A stretch of DNA of 64,000 bases from an uncultured Gemmatimonadales bacterium. GTDB lineage: Bacteria > Gemmatimonadota > Gemmatimonadetes > Longimicrobiales > Gaopeijiaceae. Below are positions 57,234-64,000 of the stretch, piece after piece. The stretch's first letter is position 1. Every line of letters begins with the position of its first letter. Position numbers and translations under genes: made by a program. The notes under the pieces are model-generated. The model worked only from the letters and a program-made list of their open reading frames with translations. It did no database searches and was not told where the DNA came from. The stretch covers positions 64,001 through 128,000 of the forward strand of contig CAWGKG010000005.1 of assembly GCA_963823035.1 (NCBI GenBank), in the 5' to 3' direction.

Positions 57234-59012
57234 GTGTCTCTCATCCTCGACGGCTCCCCCGCTTCCGAAGGGATCGCCTCCGGCAAGGTGTTCATCCTCC
57301 ACTGGGGCGTGCCCAACGTGCCGCACGAGACCGTCCCCGAGGAGAAGGTGGCCCAGGAGCTCGACCGCTTCACCGACGCCCTCCGCTGGGCCAAGGGGCG
57401 AATCCGTGAGGTCCAGGAGATGACACGGGAGCGCCTCGGCCCCGTGGAGGCGCGCATCTTCGATCCCCAGCTCCTCATGCTGGACGACCCCGCCGTGGTG
57501 GAGGGCACCGCCCGCTACATCTCGGAGAACCACCTCACGGCACAACGCGCGTTCGAGTGGCGGATGCTCGAGCTGCACGCGATGTGGAGCCGGACGTCGC
57601 AGCCGATGGTGCTCGATCGGCTCAACGACCTCGAGGACCTGATGATCCGGGTCCTGCATCGCCTTCTCGACCACCACGACCCCTCCGATCTGGCACGCGA
57701 GCAGGGGGGCGTGATCGTGGTGGCGCGCAACCTCACGCCGAGCCTCACGGTCCACCTCGACCCCGAGCACGTCCTGGGGATCGGCACCGACCTCGGCACC
57801 CGCACCGCGCACTGGGCGATCCTGGCCCGCTCGCTGGAGATCCCCGCGGTCGTAGGGCTCGGCCGCGTGACGCAGATGGCGCGCGAGGGGCAAGAGGCGA
57901 TCCTCGACGGGCGCATCGGTCGCATCGTGCTCGCGCCGGAGGCGCGCGACCGCGAGGCCTTCCGCGCCCGCCAGAGGAGCCTGCGCCTGTGGGAGGAGGA
58001 GGCGGCCATCCTCGCAGAGCAGGACTCGGTGACGGCGGACGGCCAGCCGATCGCGCTGCGCGCCAACCTCGACCTTCCCGCGGATGCGGAGCAGGCCCGG
58101 GCGTACGGCGCCGAGGGCATCGGGCTCTTCCGCACCGAGTTCCTCGTGGTGGGTCGCAGCCTCATGCCCGGTGAGGACGAGCAGTACGAGGCCTACCGGC
58201 GCGTCGCCGAGGCCTTCCCGAACGACAGCGTGACCATCCGGACGTTCGACCTGGGTGGGGACAAGTTCCCCATGTTCCTGCACATGCCCCAGGAGGAGAA
58301 CCCGTTCCTGGGGTGGCGGGCGATCCGCGTCTGCCTGGACGAGCCGGAGCTGTTCCGCACGCAGCTGCGCGCGCTGCTGCGGGCCACGGCACACGGCGAC
58401 GTGCGCATCATGCTCCCCCTCGTCAACGACGTGGACGAGGTCCGCCAGGTGCGCGCGCTCCTCGCGGAGGAGGAGGATGCGCTGCGCCGGGACGGGATCC
58501 CGTTCAACTCGGGCTACAAGCTCGGGGTGATGATCGAGACCCCCGCCGCGGCGCTGGACGCGGCCGAGCTCGCGCGTCACTCCGACTTCTTCTCGATCGG
58601 CACCAACGACCTGGTGCAGTACACACTCGCGGTGGACCGCACCAACACGCGGCTCGCCAAGCTCTACAACCCCTTCCATCCGGCCGTGGTGCGGCAGCTT
58701 CACCAGGTGGCGCGCGTGGGGCGGGCGGCGGGCATCGAGGTGAGCGTGTGCGGGGAGATGGCGGCCAACCCGCTGGGAGCCTTCCTCCTGCTCGGACTCG
58801 ACATCACGGCCATCTCGATGGCGTGGCCTTCCCTCCCCGAGATCAAGAAGGTCGTGCGCGACGTCCGCATCGAGGACGCCCGCCGCGCGGCTCGTAAGGC
58901 ATTGGCCGCGCCCACCAGCAAGGACGTCACGCGCTGCCTGGTGGAGGGCATCGGCGACTCCGTCGACCTCAAGGTGTTCTCGGGGCGCTGGAGCTTGTCG
59001 GTACCCCTGTGA
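57234..59012 (+). CDS. ptsI: PTS enzyme I
   Basis: GTRTAHWAIL, GIGLFRTEFL, RTFDLGGDK, NPFLGWRAIR, MIETP, SIGTNDLVQY, VCGEMA. Confidence 0.96.
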   Translation: MSLILDGSPASEGIASGKVFILHWGVPNVPHETVPEEKVAQELDRFTDALRWAKGRIREVQEMTRERLGPVEARIFDPQLLMLDDPAVVEGTARYISENHLTAQRAFEWRMLELHAMWSRTSQPMVLDRLNDLEDLMIRVLHRLLDHHDPSDLAREQGGVIVVARNLTPSLTVHLDPEHVLGIGTDLGTRTAHWAILARSLEIPAVVGLGRVTQMAREGQEAILDGRIGRIVLAPEARDREAFRARQRSLRLWEEEAAILAEQDSVTADGQPIALRANLDLPADAEQARAYGAEGIGLFRTEFLVVGRSLMPGEDEQYEAYRRVAEAFPNDSVTIRTFDLGGDKFPMFLHMPQEENPFLGWRAIRVCLDEPELFRTQLRALLRATAHGDVRIMLPLVNDVDEVRQVRALLAEEEDALRRDGIPFNSGYKLGVMIETPAAALDAAELARHSDFFSIGTNDLVQYTLAVDRTNTRLAKLYNPFHPAVVRQLHQVARVGRAAGIEVSVCGEMAANPLGAFLLLGLDITAISMAWPSLPEIKKVVRDVRIEDARRAARKALAAPTSKDVTRCLVEGIGDSVDLKVFSGRWSLSVPL

Positions 59013-59023
59013 TTGCATAGCGT
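58995..59023 (+). promoter_or_regulatory. Candidate sigma70 promoter for metK
   Basis: TTGTCG-N17-TAGCGT overlapping the 3' end of ptsI. Confidence 0.5.
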
Positions 59024-59069
59024 TTTCGTCGCCGTCACCCAACGAAATCCGACCGAGCGGGGCCGACCC

Positions 59070-60257
59070 TTGAGCCGCACGCTATTCACGTCCGAGTCCG
59101 TCACGGAAGGACATCCGGACAAGATCGCCGACCAGATCTCCGACGCCGTCCTGGACCACCTCCTCGCCGAGGACCCGAGCTCGCGCGTAGCCTGCGAGAC
59201 GCTCGTCACCACCGGCATGGCGATGGTCGCCGGCGAGGTCACGACGGAGGCCTACGCGCCGGTCGCGGAGATCGTGCGCGGCACGCTGCATCGGATCGGC
59301 TACACGAACGCCGCCTACGGCATCGACGCGCACACGTGCGCGATCCTCACCAGCCTCGACCAGCAGTCCCCCGACATCGCGATGGGCGTGGACCGCGGCG
59401 GCGCGGGCGACCAGGGGATGATGTTCGGCTACGCCTCGGACGAGACGGAGGAGCTCATGCCCGCGCCGATCATCCTGGCGCACCGGCTCACGCATCGGCT
59501 GGCCGAGGTGCGGAAGAGCGGCGAGCTCCCCTGGCTGAGGCCGGACGGGAAGGCACAGGTCACCGTCGAGTACGAGGGAGCGCGCCCGATGCGCGTGCAC
59601 ACCGTGGTCGTCAGCACCCAGCACGGCGAGGACGTGGCACAGAGCGACCTGGTCGAGGCGCTGCGCTCGCGGGTGATCGCCGCCGTCCTTCCGGGTGACC
59701 TCTACGATCCCGACGACTGCATCGTGCACATCAACCCCACAGGCCGCTTCGTCATCGGCGGGCCGCACGGCGACGCCGGCCTCACGGGCCGGAAGATCAT
59801 CGTCGACACCTACGGCGGGATGGGACGACACGGCGGCGGGGCATTCAGCGGGAAGGACGCCACCAAGGTGGACCGTTCCGCCGCGTACGCGGCGCGGTGG
59901 GCCGCGAAGAACGTGGTGGCCGCGGGGCTGGCGCACCGCTGCGAGATCCAGCTCGCCTACGCGATCGGCGTGGAGAGCCCGGTGTCGATCCACGTGGACA
60001 CCTTCGGGACCGGCTGCGTCAGCGAGGACGCGCTGAGCGACGCGCTGGACGAGGTGTTCGACTTCCGCCCCCTCGCCATCATCGAGCGCCTCGGGCTGCG
60101 CAAGCCGATCTTCACGCCCACGGCGGCGTACGGCCACTTCGGGCGCACGCCGGAGGAGCGGGTCCCGGACCTCGAGTCGGCCACGGAGCCGATCTGGTTC
60201 TTCCCGTGGGAGCGCACCGACCGAACGGACGACCTGAGGCGCGCGACGGGCCTCTGA
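59070..60257 (+). CDS. metK: S-adenosylmethionine synthetase (TTG start)
   Basis: [35 protein letters not shown]. Confidence 0.98.
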   Translation: MSRTLFTSESVTEGHPDKIADQISDAVLDHLLAEDPSSRVACETLVTTGMAMVAGEVTTEAYAPVAEIVRGTLHRIGYTNAAYGIDAHTCAILTSLDQQSPDIAMGVDRGGAGDQGMMFGYASDETEELMPAPIILAHRLTHRLAEVRKSGELPWLRPDGKAQVTVEYEGARPMRVHTVVVSTQHGEDVAQSDLVEALRSRVIAAVLPGDLYDPDDCIVHINPTGRFVIGGPHGDAGLTGRKIIVDTYGGMGRHGGGAFSGKDATKVDRSAAYAARWAAKNVVAAGLAHRCEIQLAYAIGVESPVSIHVDTFGTGCVSEDALSDALDEVFDFRPLAIIERLGLRKPIFTPTAAYGHFGRTPEERVPDLESATEPIWFFPWERTDRTDDLRRATGL

Positions 60258-60430
60258 CGCCTGCGACCGCGCGGCACGAGGGATTCCCGAGGCCCGGTGA
60301 GGGAGCGCGAACGCGTGGTGGGGGGCGGGCGACGACGGGAGCGAACCCGGACCGCCCTTCGGAGTATTGGTCTGGGAATCGCGGGGGCCGCACGTCCCCG
60401 GAAGTCCCCTCAGGTCGGAGTCACCGCGCG

Positions 60431-60967
60431 GTGCTGGTCGAAGTGAGAGTTCAGAGCCTCGGGCTCGACCGCTCCACGAACACCCCCGTCGTCATCCTCC
60501 AGGAGATCGGCGGAGAGCGCGTGCTCCCCATCTGGATCGGACCCGGTGAGGCGAGCGCCATCGCGATGCACCTCGCGGAGATGGAGTTCGCGCGCCCGCT
60601 TACCCACGACTTGCTCGTCGCCGTCCTGAAGGGGTTGGGTGGCTCGGTGCAGCGGGTCATCATCACGCGGGTCGAGAAGAGCACCTACTACGCCGAGCTC
60701 ATCGTCCAGCGCAACGGTCAGGTCTTCTCGCTGGACGCCCGTCCGTCCGACTCGATCGCGGTGGCCCTCCGCGTCGACGCCCGAATCTTCGCCCAGGAAG
60801 AGCTGCTGGAGCACGGATCCGTTGAGGTCACCGAAGACGAATCCGCGCCGGGTGTCGATCCGGGTGCCGTGGAGGAGATCGACGTCTCCGGAGCGATGGG
60901 ACCCGAGGAGCTCAAGGAGCATCTCCGCAGGCTGAACCCCGAGGACTTTGGCCGCTTCACGCCCTGA
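60431..60967 (+). CDS. Bifunctional nuclease family protein (DUF151)
   Basis: LPIWIGPGEA, RPLTHDL, DARPSDSIAVA. Confidence 0.92.
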   Translation: MLVEVRVQSLGLDRSTNTPVVILQEIGGERVLPIWIGPGEASAIAMHLAEMEFARPLTHDLLVAVLKGLGGSVQRVIITRVEKSTYYAELIVQRNGQVFSLDARPSDSIAVALRVDARIFAQEELLEHGSVEVTEDESAPGVDPGAVEEIDVSGAMGPEELKEHLRRLNPEDFGRFTP

Positions 60968-62082
60968 CTTCGCGCGACGACTTCCCCGGGTCGTCGCCCT
61001 CTTCCTCCTGCTGGGGACCCGCGTTCCCGCGGCGAGTCAGGTTCCGGCGGAGCCCGTGCTCCACGGCCGTGTCATGGTGGGCGACAGCGTGCTGACTTCG
61101 GGCACGGTGGTGCTGCATCACGTGGCCGAGGCGAGCCAGGGGGAGATCGATTCCACGCGCGTATCCGGCGACGGGACCTTCTCCTTTCGCCTGCCCACGG
61201 TCCCGGACCCCGGACGATCCGAGGTCTATTTCGCCTCCGTACGCCACAGCGGCATCCTCTATTTCGGCTCGCCGATCAACATGGCGGTACAGCTCGACTC
61301 GCTGTACGAGATCCACGCCTACGACACGCTCTCCGCGCCGGCCGGTGGTGCCGAACTGCCCGTCGAGGTGCGCAACCTCTTCCTCGAAGCCGACGCCGAC
61401 CGCTGGCAGGTGACCGACCTCTTCCAGCTCCGCAACGACGGGGACCGCACGCTCGTCGCCCCGGAGGGTGGCTTCATCTGGCGCTACCCTCTGCCGGCCG
61501 GCATCGAGAACCCCACCGTGGCCCAGGCGGAGTTCGCCACCGGAGCCGCCGCCGTCGAGGACGGACAGCTGGTGGTGCGCACGCCGCTGCCGCCCGGGCA
61601 GCGGCTGTTCGTGATCCGCTACGACGTACCCGACCCCTTCCTCGACCTTCCGCTCCCCGGCTCCACGGAGACCCTCGAGATCCTCGTGCGCGAGCCCGCG
61701 CCGCCGATGGACGCGCCCGGCCTCGTGGTCGGCGATCGGGTCGAGATCGAGCCCGGTTCCACCTATCGCCGCTTCAGCGGCCTGAACCTGAAGGACACCG
61801 AACGCCCGGCTCGTCGAAGCCGCACAGCCGTCGGCCCCACCCGTGCGCTGGTTCGCGGTGATCCTCGGCATCGTCCTCGGCTCGGTGGCCGTCTGGGCCG
61901 TGCAGAAGCGGACCCCGCCGCGCGCACCCGCGCCCACGGGCGAGATGCGCAGGGGGCTGATCCTCGAGATAGCCCGGCTCGACGAGGCTTTCGAGGCGAA
62001 CCCCGATCCGTCGGCGGAGGAGCGCGGGGCCTACGAGGCGCAACGTGCCGAGCTGCTCCGGCGGCTCCGTCAGCTCTCCTAG
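60948..62082 (+). CDS. Hypothetical exported, membrane-anchored protein (frameshift ~61800)
   Basis: Signal peptide, beta-sandwich-like N-terminus (TRVSGDGTFSF), C-terminal TM, and helical tail LEIARLDEAFE...YEAQRAELL. Confidence 0.65.
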
Positions 62083-62094
62083 GCACCGCGGACC

Positions 62095-62855
62095 ATGACG
62101 GCGATCGGCACGCGGGCGATCCTCCTGCGCGCTCACGCCTATGGCGAGACCAGCCGCATCCTCCGCTTCTACACCGAGTCGCACGGCATGCTCGCCGTGA
62201 TGGCGCGCGGCGTGCGCGGCAGGGGGGGAAGGGTGGCCTCACCCTCGCGACCTTCGCCACCGGTGAGCTCACCGCCTTCGTGAAGCCGCACCGGGACCTG
62301 CACACCATGAAGGACTTCGCGTGCTCGCGCCTCCGTTCCGGGCTCGGTGCCTCCGTCCTCCGCTTCGCCGGCGCATCCGCGGTGGCGGAGCTCGTGGTCG
62401 CACACGCCGACGAGGAGCCGCGCCCCGAGATCTACCTGGCCCTGGAGGACGCGCTGGACGGGCTCGAGCAGGTGCAGGAAGCGGGCATCGCGACCGCCGC
62501 GCTCTCCGGGGCATGGCGCATCGTGGAGGCGTTCGGCTTCGCCCCCGAGCTGGAGGTGTGCACGCGATGCGGCACTCCGCTCGGCGCCGAGGAGATCGGA
62601 CGCTTCGACTTCGCGGCCGGCGGCATCCTGTGCGCCGCCTGCGGGGCGGGGGGTGCGGGGCCACGCGTCGGACCGGGTGCCCGCGCGCAGCTCCACGGCC
62701 TGCTCGCCGGGAGGTTGGACCCCCCGATCACGCACGCACGCCGACACCTGGCGCTCCTCTCCGACTTCGTCGCCTTCCATGTGGCGCAGCGGCCGCTCAA
62801 GTCGCTCCGCTTCCTCGGTGACCTCCTCCCCGGTGACGAGGAGGAAGCGACTTGA
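62095..62855 (+). CDS. recO: DNA repair protein RecO (frameshift ~62225)
   Basis: AILLR...YGETSRI...ARGVR, GFAPELEVCTRCG...GGILCAAC, LKSL. Confidence 0.92.
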
Positions 62856-64000
62856 GCGGGGCCACCAGGGTCGTGGTCGGCACGGCAGGCCACATCGACC
62901 ACGGCAAGAGCGCCCTCGTGCGCGCCCTCACCGGCGTCGATCCCGACCGCCTTCCCGAGGAGCGCGAGCGAGGCATCACGATCGACCTCGGCTTCGCCGA
63001 GCTCCCCGGAGACGACGAGCTCCAGCTCGGCGTGGTGGACGTGCCCGGCCACGAGGACTTCGTGCGCACGATGGTGGCGGGCGCGACCGGCATCGACGTC
63101 GTCCTCCTCGTGGTCGCGGCCGACGAGGGGGTGATGCCGCAGACATCTGAGCACCTGGATATCGTCGAGCTGCTCGGGGTGCCGGAAATGGTCGTCGCGC
63201 TCACCAAGACCGACCTGGTCGACGAGGAGTGGTATGGCCTCGTCGAGGACGACGTGCGGGCGCGCCTCGCCGACACGCGATACGCAGGGGCTCCCCTGGT
63301 GGGCACCTCGGCGACGGCGGGCACCGGTCTCGAAGCCCTCCTCGACACGCTGCGGGTGGCGGCACGCCGCGGCAGGCGGCGCAATGCGGTGGATGTCGCC
63401 CGACTTCCCGTGGACCGCGTCTTCACCCTGCAGGGCACCGGGACGGTGGTCACCGGCACGCTCTGGTCGGGAACGCTCGCGCAGGGCGAGCGGGTCCACG
63501 TCCTGCCGAACGGCCCCGACGCCCGTATCCGGTCGCTCCAGGTGCACGGTCGCGACGTCGCGGAGGCGCGGGCCGGCGAGCGCACGGCCGTGGCGCTCAC
63601 CGGCGCCGAACGCCGTGCGATCGCGCGCGGCGCAACGGTCGTGAGGGCGGAAGGGTGGGCGCCCACCTGGATGCTCACGGCCGACGTGCGGATCCTGACC
63701 GGCTCGCGGTGGGGGATCGAGCATGGGCTCCGGGTCCGGGTCCACGTGGGTACGGCCGAGGTCATGGCGCGTTGCGTTCCGCTCGACGGGCCCGTCGAGG
63801 CCGGCGAGCGCGGTTGGGTCCAGCTGCGCCTGGAGGCGCCCGTGGTGGCGCGCGCGGGCGACCGCATCGTCGTGCGCAGCTACTCGCCCGTGACGACCAT
63901 CGGAGGTGGGGTGGTGGCGGAGTCGTCTCCACCCAAGCGGAAGGGCCTGGACGCCCCAGGAGCGTGCCGCGCTCGAGGCCCTCATCCAGGCCGTGCCGGC
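62852..64000 (+). CDS. selB: Selenocysteine-specific elongation factor (partial, runs off the window)
   Basis: TTG start overlapping the recO stop. GTAGHIDHGKS, DPDRLPEERERGITIDLGF, DVPGHEDF, PVDRVFTLQGTGTVVTGTL, RSYSPVTTIGGG. Confidence 0.93.
   Translation, partial: MSGATRVVVGTAGHIDHGKSALVRALTGVDPDRLPEERERGITIDLGFAELPGDDELQLGVVDVPGHEDFVRTMVAGATGIDVVLLVVAADEGVMPQTSEHLDIVELLGVPEMVVALTKTDLVDEEWYGLVEDDVRARLADTRYAGAPLVGTSATAGTGLEALLDTLRVAARRGRRRNAVDVARLPVDRVFTLQGTGTVVTGTLWSGTLAQGERVHVLPNGPDARIRSLQVHGRDVAEARAGERTAVALTGAERRAIARGATVVRAEGWAPTWMLTADVRILTGSRWGIEHGLRVRVHVGTAEVMARCVPLDGPVEAGERGWVQLRLEAPVVARAGDRIVVRSYSPVTTIGGGVVAESSPPKRKGLDAPGACRARGPHPGRAG

Noticed and set aside
59013..59069. SAM riboswitch upstream of metK
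   Set aside because: The leader is too short after the predicted promoter, and no SAM-I/II consensus was recognised.
60948..62855. Apparent membrane protein-RecO fusion
   Set aside because: Two separate indels. Each gene has its own terminus in other frames (61843..62082 and 62095..).

Overview
Very GC-rich bacterial chromosomal segment. The gene order and content (hpf-hprK-mannose-type PTS-ptsH-ptsI-metK-DUF151-recO, many exported peptidases and VPS10 proteins) suggest Gemmatimonadota; this is an inference. About half of the genes, including essential ones (argS, cmk, aroA, ribE), carry 1-bp frameshifts. These are best read as uncorrected long-read indels, so genes were rebuilt across frames. 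(i) 1-7723: distal end of an extracellular contractile injection system (eCIS)-type locus. It holds a tape-measure-like gene end, an Afp15/Pvc15-like AAA+ ATPase, two DUF4157 proteins with different predicted toxin heads (OmpA-like plus M35 aspzincin protease; GH73-like muramidase) and an intervening unknown gene. (ii) 7791-10605: archaeal-type HMG-CoA synthase/thiolase/DUF35 operon with a small extra gene and a structured leader. (iii) 10.8-26.8 kb: exported hydrolases, msrPQ, an ABC permease, MarC, a GGDEF protein, an S9 peptidase-thioredoxin fusion and a Tat-exported PLP enzyme. (iv) 26.9-64 kb: housekeeping run (rnz, tyrA, aroA, cmk, rpsA, propionyl-CoA carboxylase and mutase, argS, purM, rib operon, nusB, PTS, metK, recO, selB), with several candidate hidden regulatory elements. 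No rRNA, tRNA, CRISPR array or transposase was recognised. All domain calls come from motif recognition by eye, not from database searches.
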